DNA of 64,000 nt from Gammaproteobacteria bacterium (lineage in GTDB: Bacteria; Pseudomonadota; Gammaproteobacteria; Ga0077536). Below are positions 31,492 to 40,861 of the stretch, piece after piece. The position numbers were made by a program, and so were the translations under genes. Below the pieces are notes generated by a model. That model saw only the letters and a program-made list of their open reading frames with translations, had not been told where the DNA came from and did not search any database. The first letter of the stretch is position 1. The number at the start of each line of letters is the position of its first letter. The stretch lies in the NCBI GenBank assembly GCA_965216305.1, contig OZ244144.1, forward strand, positions 2,036,248 to 2,100,247. The letters run 5' to 3'.

Positions 31492-32385
31492 ATGTACGAA
31501 TCGTTCTTCGGTTTCACGGAAGCGCCGTTCAGTTTGAACCCTGATCCGGGGTTCCTGTACCTCGGGCGGGATCACAGCAAAGCCCTGAGCATGTTGGAAT
31601 TCGGCCTTGCGTCGGAATCCGGGATCACTGTCATTACTGGCGCAATTGGTTCAGGGAAAACTACGCTAGTACGTCAGTTGCTCAATGCCATGCCGTCCGA
31701 CCGCACCGTGGGACTCATCAGCAACACCCATAAGTCGTTCGGCGAGCTGATTCACTGGATTTCCCTTGCCTTTGATCTTGAGCATGAGGGCCGGGACAAG
31801 GTCTCGCTGTACAACCAGTTTGTGAAATTTATGATCGAGGAATACAGCCGTGGAAAACGCGTTGTCTTAATTGTCGATGAAGCGCAAAACCTCGACGCAG
31901 AAACAATTGAAGAACTGCGCGTGATTTCGAACATCAACGCTGACAAAGACCTCGTGCTACAGCTGGTCCTAGTAGGCCAGCCGGAGCTAAAGGAAATATT
32001 GAGCGGTGCGAACCTGGTCCAGTTCGTTCAGCGAATTTCCGCGTATTATCATTTGAAGCCGTTAACACGTGAAGAGACGCACAACTACATAAAACATCGC
32101 GTCGGTGTTGCGGGGCCCCGGCGTAATCCGTTTCGGAAAAAGGCTATGGACATGATCTTCGAGGCTGCCGGTGGCGTGCCGAGGTTGATCAACACTTTTT
32201 GTCATTTAGGACTGACATATTGTTTCGCCGAGGGGCGTAAGACTGTGAACGAAGACATCATGCGGGAGATTGTTAGCGATCGCGAAGAGCATAGCTTGTT
32301 CGAGAGCAAGGCGGCTTCGCAAACTGATGTCGACGAACGTGGGCTGCACCACTTGGCTGTAACACCATTAGAGAAAATACTATGA
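31492..32385 (+). CDS. PEP-CTERM/XrtA-locus secretion ATPase (GspA/ExeA-like AAA ATPase).
   Basis: 297 aa with Walker A GAIGSGKTT and Walker B VLIVDEAQNL. GspA-like architecture characteristic of the first gene of exosortase-A EPS loci. Confidence 0.75.
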   Translation: MYESFFGFTEAPFSLNPDPGFLYLGRDHSKALSMLEFGLASESGITVITGAIGSGKTTLVRQLLNAMPSDRTVGLISNTHKSFGELIHWISLAFDLEHEGRDKVSLYNQFVKFMIEEYSRGKRVVLIVDEAQNLDAETIEELRVISNINADKDLVLQLVLVGQPELKEILSGANLVQFVQRISAYYHLKPLTREETHNYIKHRVGVAGPRRNPFRKKAMDMIFEAAGGVPRLINTFCHLGLTYCFAEGRKTVNEDIMREIVSDREEHSLFESKAASQTDVDERGLHHLAVTPLEKIL

Positions 32386-32948
32386 ATCGACGCATTACAG
32401 TTTTGCCTATCTTCTTGTACGCGCTTTTGGGTGCAATGGCACCTCCAACCGCATACTCAGATTCATCCGACTACAAGATCAAGGCAGCGGATTTGTTGCT
32501 TGTTTCTGTGTGGAAGGAAGAAGACTTGCAACTCGAAACCATAGTGCGCCCAGACGGTAAATTCTCATTCCCCCTCGCCGGCGAAATTCGAGCTCAGGGA
32601 CGGACGATAAGTGAGGTCCAAGAATCCGTGACCGAAGCGATTAAACAATACATCCCCGATCCGGTTGTTACGGTGATATTACGCCAAAGTCTGGGTAATC
32701 GAGTTTTCGTGTTAGGGCAGGTAAATCGGCCGGGCGAATTTCCGCTAAGCCAAGACATGGATGTATTGCAGGCGCTTGCTCTTGGTGGCGGGCTTGCGAC
32801 ATTCGCCGATAGGAAAGACATCAAAATCCTAAGGCGAACCGAGAACGGGCAATCGTCAATCCCCTTTAACTATAAGAGTGCTATTAACGGCAGCGATCTT
32901 GGGCAGAATATTTTATTGGAACCAGGCGATATCGTCGTCGTGCCTTAG
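32382..32948 (+). CDS. Periplasmic polysaccharide export protein (Wza-like Poly_export/SLBB, PEP-CTERM-locus EpsE-like).
   Basis: 188 aa with signal peptide. Poly_export motif (Y.I..GD.L.V.V....L......V..DG.I..P..G.I...G.T..E) followed by one SLBB-like segment. ATGA overlap with the upstream gene. Confidence 0.8.
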   Translation: MNRRITVLPIFLYALLGAMAPPTAYSDSSDYKIKAADLLLVSVWKEEDLQLETIVRPDGKFSFPLAGEIRAQGRTISEVQESVTEAIKQYIPDPVVTVILRQSLGNRVFVLGQVNRPGEFPLSQDMDVLQALALGGGLATFADRKDIKILRRTENGQSSIPFNYKSAINGSDLGQNILLEPGDIVVVP

Positions 32949-32983
32949 CCGCTGAGCGATCGGATCGTCCAGATACGTTTCTA

Positions 32984-34201
32984 GTGAAAAACCCAGCGCT
33001 TATCGTCGTGATGATGCTTTCCGCGAGCATCCCAGCGCGTGCGGATTTTTCCGTTCGCCCGTTCGTGTCTGAGGAACTTTTAGTTAATGACAACAGGAGA
33101 GTTCGCGCAGCAGGCGGCCCTACAGTAATAGGATCTTTATCCACGGCCCAACTCGCGCTTAACTACTCCCGACCGACTTGGTTCGCGACGGCGATCCCGC
33201 GCGCGAAAATTTCAAGGTTTACTGAAGACTCTTCACTAAATAGCGAAGATTATCTTCTAATAGGAGCGACCGAAAAACGCTTTGAGTACCTAACAATCGC
33301 GCTGAATACACAGGCTAGCAGTGTGTCAGCTCTAACCACGGAATTGGCGGATATCGGTCTCGTCTTAGAAAACAAACAGCAGAATAGATTCAGTATTTCG
33401 CCTAGGGTGACGTATTTTGCAACTCCGACCTTGCAACTTGGTTTCTCGCTCAATTACGTAGATGTTGAGTTCCAAAACGCCGAAAATACCGCATTAATCG
33501 ACTATTCCAGCTATTCCTTCGGCCCTGACGTACAGTACCAATTTAGTGAGAATATCAGCTTCAATAGCAACTTCTCGGTTTCTGAATTCAAAACCCCGGA
33601 CACGCAAAGAAAGACGTTCAGTAAGTCCGTTAACGTAGGGGCTACGTATCGGTACTCCGAGAAGTTATTCGTGTCAGCGTCTCTCGGAGGGCGTTTTAAT
33701 AATATCGAGCAAGGGTTTCAAGCACTCGTCCCGAATCCTGATTTCCCAAACGGACCGGTTTTTGTCATTCAGGATCTCAAACAGGAAGACACGACGAAAG
33801 GGATCCTCGCGAACGTCCTGGTCGAAAGGACTATCGAGCGAGGTACCGTTTCCGCGTCGTATTCGCGCTTTGTATCGCCGGCGAGTATTGGTATTCAGCA
33901 GGTCAACGAAGAGTGGGGGCTGAATTTTGAATATGAGATGTCTCCTCGATGGACTAGCGAAATGGAATTTGAGTTCGCAAATCTCAAGGCCGATGGCGAC
34001 GATAGAACAGACCAGAATGAGCGAATACGGTTACGTCTAAAAACCGTCTACGCGTTCAGCCGTAACTGGTATTTTGACGCGGGATATACATTACGTCGGG
34101 TGAAATTTATGAGCGGCGGAACCCAGAGCAGCGGCAGCAAAGCAAAATCTAACGAAGTTTTCATTGCGCTTCGATATCAAGGCGATAATCTGCGCTTTTG
34201 A
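32984..34201 (+). CDS. Predicted outer-membrane beta-barrel protein of the EPS locus (EpsL-like).
   Basis: Signal peptide then alternating amphipathic beta-strand pattern. Aromatic-rich, with C-terminal ...NLRF (terminal Phe typical of OMPs). Conserved position between exporter and chain-length determinant. Confidence 0.55.
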   Translation: MKNPALIVVMMLSASIPARADFSVRPFVSEELLVNDNRRVRAAGGPTVIGSLSTAQLALNYSRPTWFATAIPRAKISRFTEDSSLNSEDYLLIGATEKRFEYLTIALNTQASSVSALTTELADIGLVLENKQQNRFSISPRVTYFATPTLQLGFSLNYVDVEFQNAENTALIDYSSYSFGPDVQYQFSENISFNSNFSVSEFKTPDTQRKTFSKSVNVGATYRYSEKLFVSASLGGRFNNIEQGFQALVPNPDFPNGPVFVIQDLKQEDTTKGILANVLVERTIERGTVSASYSRFVSPASIGIQQVNEEWGLNFEYEMSPRWTSEMEFEFANLKADGDDRTDQNERIRLRLKTVYAFSRNWYFDAGYTLRRVKFMSGGTQSSGSKAKSNEVFIALRYQGDNLRF

Positions 34202-35988
34202 GTTTTACGCCTGCGGAAAAACTTTCCCTTTACAAGAATATGAGTGATTTGGACCGGGTAATGGAAACGCTACAAACTGAAATGACCTTTCGAGATGCGG
34301 TAGACAAGCTCGGCCGTAGGTACCGGATGCTGGTTGCGGTAGTCATTTCGCTGATGCTGCTTACGTTCGCAATCGCCGTATTGCTACCTTCAATCTATCG
34401 AAGTCAGGCGACAATATTAATCGAACAGCAGGAAATTCCAGCTGAATTAGTTCGTTCAACGGTAACGAGTTTCGCAAGCCAGCGCATTCAAACTATCAGT
34501 CAACGCGTAATGACCTCGAGCAATCTTTCCGAAATAATCGAGAAATACGGTCTTTACGAAGAAGAACGCCGCCGAGATCCGCTCGAAGTTATCATCGATG
34601 GGATGCGTCGGAGTATCGTCCTTGAAATGATCAGTGCAGACGTCGTCGATCCACGAAGTGGTCGACCAACAGAGGCAACGATTGCATTCCAGTTGTCTTA
34701 CGATAGTGAATCTCCTGTCTTGGCGCAAAAAGTTACGAACGAACTAGTGTCTCTTTATCTCAATGAGAATCTTAAGTCGCGCCAGGCGTCTGCGACCGAA
34801 ACCTCCTCCTTTCTGGCCGATGAGTCATCTCGATTAGCGTCACGTCTCGCGGAACTAGAGCAGGAAATATCGACCTTCAAACAGGAGAACCTGGAAAAGC
34901 TACCCCAGTTGGAAGGCATTAATAGAGAGTTAATGAACCGAGCGGACCTTGAGATTACTGACATCGACCGGCGCCTCGACGTTGCCACCCAGCAAGAAAT
35001 TTACTTAAGTGCTCAGCTGTCAGAACTGCAACCTCATCAGGTGATTTTTGTCGGAGGAAGTATCAGTCCGGCAGAGCGGTTGCGTAGTATGGAAACGGAG
35101 TTGACCGCAGCAGAAGCTTCTTATGGTGACTCGCACCCGGACGTCCGTAAATTACGCGCCCAAGTCGAAGCAGTGCGAGCAGACGTCGAGCCGTCGGAAG
35201 CCCGCAATATCTACAGCGTGAAATTGGAAGCGGCGAAGCGGGAGCTTGCTGAATTATTGGAACGCTACAATCCAGATCATCCGGACGTCGCGAAAAGCCG
35301 GAAAAAGGTCGAAAATTTAGAATTGAAATATTTGTCGCTGGCCGGTAAAGAAGACGACAAACCGAATAATCCGGCCTACATAAACATACTCGCTCGTTTG
35401 GATGCAACGAAGGCGGAAATCAGAACGCTGCGTGCCCAGCGAGAAAAAATAAATAATAAGCGTGACGAAATGACGCAGCGCTTGATAGAAACTCCTCTGA
35501 TCGAACAACAATACAAAGGAATAATACGGGAATACGATAATACGCTGCTTAAGTACCAGGAAATTACAGCGAAACAAATGGAAGCTCAGTTGTCGGAGAA
35601 TCTTGAGACTGAACGCAAAGGCGAAAAATTCACGCTAATCGAACCGCCATTGCTCCCGGAAGCCCCCTCTGAACCAAATCGAATGGCGATACTTCTAATA
35701 GGATTAATCGTCTCAATCGGATCTGGCGTTGGATCGGTTTTTGCCGCAGAGGGACTTGACAATAAAGTCCGAGGAAGAAACGCCGTTCAAGAAATATTTT
35801 CGGTGCCCCCGCTGGCAATTATTCCCGATATGTCTCGGCTGGATCACCGTGCGAGGAACGGCAAGCTAGTTGTTAGTCTTGTTTTGACCGCAGTGGTGCT
35901 TGGCGCCATGACGCTTGCCGCCATTCATGTATTTATGATGCCGTTGGATGTGTTTTGGTACGTTTTAATGAGAAAGCTATCGCTCTAG
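34198..35988 (+). CDS. Polysaccharide chain-length determinant protein (Wzz/GumC-like, PEP-CTERM-locus subfamily).
   Basis: N-terminal TM (MLVAVVISLMLLTFAIAVLL). Long coiled-coil periplasmic domain. C-terminal TM (MAILLIGLIVSIGSGVG). Probable true start is ATG 34240; 34198 is a TTG overlapping the upstream stop. Confidence 0.8.
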   Translation: MSFTPAEKLSLYKNMSDLDRVMETLQTEMTFRDAVDKLGRRYRMLVAVVISLMLLTFAIAVLLPSIYRSQATILIEQQEIPAELVRSTVTSFASQRIQTISQRVMTSSNLSEIIEKYGLYEEERRRDPLEVIIDGMRRSIVLEMISADVVDPRSGRPTEATIAFQLSYDSESPVLAQKVTNELVSLYLNENLKSRQASATETSSFLADESSRLASRLAELEQEISTFKQENLEKLPQLEGINRELMNRADLEITDIDRRLDVATQQEIYLSAQLSELQPHQVIFVGGSISPAERLRSMETELTAAEASYGDSHPDVRKLRAQVEAVRADVEPSEARNIYSVKLEAAKRELAELLERYNPDHPDVAKSRKKVENLELKYLSLAGKEDDKPNNPAYINILARLDATKAEIRTLRAQREKINNKRDEMTQRLIETPLIEQQYKGIIREYDNTLLKYQEITAKQMEAQLSENLETERKGEKFTLIEPPLLPEAPSEPNRMAILLIGLIVSIGSGVGSVFAAEGLDNKVRGRNAVQEIFSVPPLAIIPDMSRLDHRARNGKLVVSLVLTAVVLGAMTLAAIHVFMMPLDVFWYVLMRKLSL

Positions 35989-36004
35989 AACAGTGGACAC
36001 TTAA

Positions 36005-36826
36005 ATGGAACGAATCAAACAAGCTTTGGAACGAGCTAAAAGCGAGAACAAGCAAAAGCCCAGTTTTCGCGGCCAGCAACCGGCGGCGAGTGATGCTAAT
36101 GCAGGCTCGGTCAGCGCGTTCAATGAGAAAGTGCAATATTCTGACACTGCGGTTATTGAAATTGACAAAAAGCTCCTAAAGAAAAACTATATTCTGCCCG
36201 AGACAAATGGAGATGAAGCAGCAACGGCATATAAAATCCTAAGGACGCAGATTGAACATCGCCTCACCGCTAATGGGTGGAATACCCTGGCAATTACAAG
36301 TCCGGGTTTAGATCAGGGCAAAACGCTGACAGCGATTAATTTGTCGATCGCGTTAGCACGGGAGGTCCACCGTACGGTTCTTTTGGTGGATCTGGATTTC
36401 CGCAACCCAAGTATTCATCGTCGACTTGGTCTCAACGTGACCCAAGGCGTTACTGACTATCTCCTTGACGATGTGCCATTGAGCGACCTTCTAATAAACC
36501 CTGGGATTGATCGACTCGTAATTCTACCGACTACTAGAACGATCGCGAACTCGTCTGAGTTGCTGTCGTCGCCGAGAATGATAAACCTCGTTGAGGAACT
36601 GAAATCCCGTTACCCCTCGAGAATAATCGTTTTTGACCTCCCGCCGATATTGATGGCAGACGATGCATTGGCATTTTGCCCTGCGGTGGACTCAACGTTA
36701 CTGGTGATTGAGGAAGGCGCCAATACTAAGGATCAGCTTGTCCGCTGCACCGAAATACTTGGTTCAATCAAACTGATCGGGACCGTACTTAACAAGGCGG
36801 AAGAACGTCAGCCAACATATTACTGA
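36005..36826 (+). CDS. BY-kinase-like ATPase (exopolysaccharide tyrosine autokinase, cytoplasmic partner of the chain-length determinant).
   Basis: MinD/ParA-type deviant Walker A ITSPGLDQGKTLTAINLS. Walker B VLLVDLDFR. C-terminal Tyr pair ...QPTYY. Confidence 0.75.
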   Translation: MERIKQALERAKSENKQKPSFRGQQPAASDANAGSVSAFNEKVQYSDTAVIEIDKKLLKKNYILPETNGDEAATAYKILRTQIEHRLTANGWNTLAITSPGLDQGKTLTAINLSIALAREVHRTVLLVDLDFRNPSIHRRLGLNVTQGVTDYLLDDVPLSDLLINPGIDRLVILPTTRTIANSSELLSSPRMINLVEELKSRYPSRIIVFDLPPILMADDALAFCPAVDSTLLVIEEGANTKDQLVRCTEILGSIKLIGTVLNKAEERQPTYY

Positions 36827-37113
36827 CGCGATCGAAATCGCAAACTTCGCGGATGGCGGCGCAGAAACCGCATTCGGTATTTAGCAGGAAGAAACGGCAG
36901 CTTACTTGAACATTCGACGGAATCCGGAGTGGCTTTGGTGTTGCTCTTGGCTACGAGCCCTGCCTGGTTACGCTCGATTCCACGTAACTTGCGCTTGTTC
37001 CAAGCGAATAACGTCTGTTGAGAAACCAAATGCATTCGCACCGTTGCGCTATCTACCGAAGAACAGTGCATGTGAAGCTATTCCATGACCGAGTGTAATT
37101 TGAGCGTTTATTT

Positions 37114-38244
37114 ATGAAATCCAAACGATCAGAGCTGCAAGGGAAAATCAAGCTTATGCTCGTTGCGGGCGCGCGGCCGAACTTCATGAAGATTGCACCT
37201 ATTATTAGGGCAATCGAAAAGAGTAAGGATTCATTCGATTATCAGCTAGTGCATACCGGGCAGCATTACGATGAAAAAATGAGCGGCGTGTTTTTCCGGG
37301 GGCTAGGTATACCGGAACCGGATCACAATTTAAACGTTGGCAGCGGAACACACGCTCAACAGACTGCCGCGATCATGATGGCGTTCGAGCCTGTACTTCA
37401 AGCTTACAATCCGGATTACGTACTTGTCGTCGGAGATGTGAACTCAACTCTTGCGTGTTCAATTGTGGCCAAAAAATTGGGCACGAAAGTGGCACATGTC
37501 GAGGCCGGCCTTCGAAGTGGCGACATGAATATGCCCGAGGAGATAAATCGTCTAGTAACTGATTCAATAAGCGATCAATTTTTTGTTACCGAAGAAAGCG
37601 GGATGGAGCATCTGCGCCGGGAGGGTAAATCCGAATCGGCTATTCACCACGTTGGCCATGTGATGATAGACAATCTGCTCTATGAGGTCGCTAAGCTGGA
37701 TAAGCGCGGTTACCAATCGATTCCGCTACTCGACCAGTTGCCGTCAAACGCCCAATACGGCGTAGTAACCCTGCATCGCCCGTCGAATGTTGATGATCAG
37801 AAGGTCCTGGCGCGTATTTTGGAAGCGTTGATTTCAATCAGCAAACGAATCCCGCTCATATTTCCGATTCATCCCCGTACCCGTGCAAATCTTGAGCAAT
37901 TCCAATTAGCCATTCCGCCTGAGATTGTTCTTACGGAACCGCTTCAATACGACGAGTTTTTGCAAGTCTGGCGTGGCGCGACGATCGTTTTAACGGACAG
38001 TGGTGGCTTGCAAGAAGAAACTACCGCTTTAGGCGTCCCGTGCCTCACACTTCGCGAAAACACTGAGCGACCTATAACGGTGGCTGAAGGTTCCAACAAG
38101 ATCGTTGGCACAGACCCTGAGGTGATTGTAAGAGCAGCACTCGCGATCATTGATGGGCCACCTGTTCGTGTACGAAAGCGACCAAAGCTCTGGGACGGCA
38201 AGTCCTCAGAACGAATTTTGCACCTTCTATCTGAGTCTTTGTAG
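37114..38244 (+). CDS. wecB: UDP-N-acetylglucosamine 2-epimerase (non-hydrolysing).
   Basis: Full-length WecB/MnaA-family sequence (…TGQHYD…, HVEAGLRS, …DSGGLQEE…). 376 aa. Confidence 0.9.
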   Translation: MKSKRSELQGKIKLMLVAGARPNFMKIAPIIRAIEKSKDSFDYQLVHTGQHYDEKMSGVFFRGLGIPEPDHNLNVGSGTHAQQTAAIMMAFEPVLQAYNPDYVLVVGDVNSTLACSIVAKKLGTKVAHVEAGLRSGDMNMPEEINRLVTDSISDQFFVTEESGMEHLRREGKSESAIHHVGHVMIDNLLYEVAKLDKRGYQSIPLLDQLPSNAQYGVVTLHRPSNVDDQKVLARILEALISISKRIPLIFPIHPRTRANLEQFQLAIPPEIVLTEPLQYDEFLQVWRGATIVLTDSGGLQEETTALGVPCLTLRENTERPITVAEGSNKIVGTDPEVIVRAALAIIDGPPVRVRKRPKLWDGKSSERILHLLSESL

Positions 38245-38248
38245 AGAA

Positions 38249-39544
38249 ATGCCCGCTGTTACGACCAAAGTAATTGTGGCAATCCTGTTCCTTGTTTTCG
38301 CAGGTGACGGCATAGCCTGGAGCGACATCCATCCTGAGGACTATGGTGCAATAGGTGACGGAATATCTGATGACAGCCGAGCGCTGCAGAGGGCACTCAA
38401 ATTATGCTCAAACAGAGGTGCGGTTTGTAGATTATCTCCCAACAAATCCTATCGAGTTACCCGGCCAATATTTATATGGGGGCAGGCCGACTTAATCGGC
38501 GAGGCTGGAAGTAGCACGCTGATTTTTGATGTTGATGAGGCTCCGTATCTGTTCAACGTAGGTATTAGCGGCAAGAACAATTTGAAACCTCCGTTTTCGG
38601 GATTGATACAAGGGGTAACCTTCAGGATTGTCAGCGGGAAGCGTGGGCGACTCATCTATTTTTGGAGGACTGACGGTGCTCGAGTTCTTGGAAACACATT
38701 TGATCTCGGCTCCTTTGAATATTCTGCAACGTCGTCCGGGAACAATAACAATTGGGTTCGAAACGGTTTTAAAGGATGCGTCCGTAAGAATATCGAGATT
38801 TCCCGCAATACGGTTATCGCATCAGCCGACGCCAAGGGTAACGAAGGAATTGGACTTTCAAACTTTGAGGGCGTATTGATTCGAGAGAACTCCATTCACG
38901 GTGTAGGAGATGACCCGATTGGGATCCATTTCTCTAAGGATGTGCTGATTACGAATAACGCACTAACTAGCGTCGATGGACGGATATTTGTAGGTAATTC
39001 GCGAAATGTTCGCGTTTCTGCCAATTCGCATTCGCGAATTGCGTCTCCGAAGGATCGAAAGTTTCGCAAGGGAATCGGTTTGATTTATATAGGATTCGAG
39101 AAATTTACTAAGCACGAGCACATGGCACCGACTGATATTGTGGTTTCAGAGAATCGCCTGACGTATCCGAAGGGGGCGATTGATGGAGGTGCAGCAATCT
39201 ATCTTTACGCCCCGCGCGGCGCGAAGATCACGGACAACGTAATTATCAATGATTCGCCTAAGGTGAAAGCATCAGCGGTGCACTTGCTGCCGATAGAATT
39301 CAAGCAGGGTTGGAATGATCCGGATCACATCGACTCCGGAAAGACTGCGAAAGTTGGCTCAGTAGAAATTAGCGGCAACTCTAGTCTTGGTAAATATCCA
39401 CTGCGATTTCTGATGACTGGGAATTGCGAGGATTATCGGGGGCCAGTTAGAGTCGCGAATAATGTGGCGCCGCGCTTTCAGTTCTATTGTGCCGGAGTGA
39501 CGCAACAAGATAATACGAGTACCGATCGCGGCGTTCTGCGTTAG
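38249..39544 (+). CDS. Secreted right-handed parallel beta-helix protein (pectate-lyase-superfamily fold; putative EPS glycanase or epimerase).
   Basis: Start trimmed to ATG 38249, just after the wecB stop. Signal peptide MPAVTTKVIVAILFLVFAGDGIAWS. N-terminal motif EDYGAIGDGISDDSRALQRAL typical of the Pectate_lyase_3/beta-helix family. Repeated Asn/Gly-rich beta-helix coils. Confidence 0.65.
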   Translation: MPAVTTKVIVAILFLVFAGDGIAWSDIHPEDYGAIGDGISDDSRALQRALKLCSNRGAVCRLSPNKSYRVTRPIFIWGQADLIGEAGSSTLIFDVDEAPYLFNVGISGKNNLKPPFSGLIQGVTFRIVSGKRGRLIYFWRTDGARVLGNTFDLGSFEYSATSSGNNNNWVRNGFKGCVRKNIEISRNTVIASADAKGNEGIGLSNFEGVLIRENSIHGVGDDPIGIHFSKDVLITNNALTSVDGRIFVGNSRNVRVSANSHSRIASPKDRKFRKGIGLIYIGFEKFTKHEHMAPTDIVVSENRLTYPKGAIDGGAAIYLYAPRGAKITDNVIINDSPKVKASAVHLLPIEFKQGWNDPDHIDSGKTAKVGSVEISGNSSLGKYPLRFLMTGNCEDYRGPVRVANNVAPRFQFYCAGVTQQDNTSTDRGVLR

Positions 39545-39568
39545 GTTTTCTGTTTCAAGATTACACCG

Positions 39569-40816
39569 GTGTTTTCGTTTAAAAAGCTGGTCCCGAATTT
39601 GTCGGTCAGTTACCTCTCAAGCGTGTTGGGTTTCGTAACGATCCTTTTTGTTGCAAGGTGTCTCGGCGCGGAAAATTTCGGTGTGTTTGCTTTTGGAATC
39701 GCTATCGGCGGTTTCCTGATGCCACTGTTGAATCTGGGCAGTGATCGCGCTTTTGTGAAGGATGCGGTTAATGCGCCATCGAAACAAGACGTATTCCGAC
39801 TTGCCAGGGTAAACCGGAATATTCGGACCTTCGCGGCATTGATAATCGCTTCACTCTTGCTACTTGGGTTGTCTGTATACGACCCATACCCGGGGGCGCT
39901 CTTATCCGTATTTTGCGTCGGCCTATGGGCCGCGCTCATGGGGCTCTATCCCGCTGCGTGGTATGACTACTCGGGACAAACGTACAAGCAAAATCTGATA
40001 GTGCTGGGCGAAAGGGTGACAGCGATAGTTGCCGTATTCATGCTGGCAGAACTGTATACTGGTCATCGACTCCAGGCTGCTATTTCTGCCGGACTTTTGT
40101 TTATTCGACTCGGGTTCATCTTAGCGCAGGTAGTACTCTGGCGCCGTATGGAGGGGGATCCCGGTTCCGCAGAAGGTAATATGTTTCCGCGCTTCCATTC
40201 CGAGGGAATCAACCTCCCTGTGACAGTCGCGATATTCTCAAACGCACTGTTAACGTACGGTAATCAATTGTTTCTAAACTCCCGGGGTGAAACTGAGATT
40301 GCTGCGTACGGGTTGGCGTTTCAGTTGCTGAGTCCGATATTTCTTTTTCACGGCCAAGCATTGCGCCTGTTCCAACGACAGATAGCGCATGCCTGCCAAT
40401 CCGGCACTGAGATTCTTGCGTCTGTGTTCAAATCAGCGGCAACCTTGGCCGGCGGCGCCCTGATGCTAGCCGTGCTAATTGCAGTTCTGATGCGCTTTAT
40501 TCCGAGCCTGTTAGCTGATGACAGATTTAGCGCGATGTCCGATTATTCACCAATACTAATGACGTGGTCCGTCTTTCTCGGAGTAGGAATCGTCGTAACG
40601 CAACATCTAATCGCCTTAGGAGAAGAGAAATTCTTCGTAACGGTCGCATTACTCGGAGGACTCGTCGCCATTCTGGCAGGCATGTGGTTTATTCCGCGGC
40701 ATGGCGGTATCGCGGTGGCGCTAATTCTTTTGTGTGTACATTTGGTGATGATTTCGACAAACGGCATTCGCCTCTATGTTGTTGCGTCATCGTCGGCCCG
40801 TTCACGTGTCTCCTAA
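39569..40816 (+). CDS. Wzx-like oligosaccharide flippase (polysaccharide biosynthesis protein, MOP superfamily).
   Basis: 415 aa with about 12 predicted TM helices and a GTG start. Typical polysaccharide-transporter hydropathy profile. Position in the EPS locus next to a Wzy-like gene. Confidence 0.65.
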   Translation: MFSFKKLVPNLSVSYLSSVLGFVTILFVARCLGAENFGVFAFGIAIGGFLMPLLNLGSDRAFVKDAVNAPSKQDVFRLARVNRNIRTFAALIIASLLLLGLSVYDPYPGALLSVFCVGLWAALMGLYPAAWYDYSGQTYKQNLIVLGERVTAIVAVFMLAELYTGHRLQAAISAGLLFIRLGFILAQVVLWRRMEGDPGSAEGNMFPRFHSEGINLPVTVAIFSNALLTYGNQLFLNSRGETEIAAYGLAFQLLSPIFLFHGQALRLFQRQIAHACQSGTEILASVFKSAATLAGGALMLAVLIAVLMRFIPSLLADDRFSAMSDYSPILMTWSVFLGVGIVVTQHLIALGEEKFFVTVALLGGLVAILAGMWFIPRHGGIAVALILLCVHLVMISTNGIRLYVVASSSARSRVS

Positions 40817-40861
40817 CTGCACCCTCGAGGGGCCTTGAGACCGTAATTACCAAGAGCGAAG

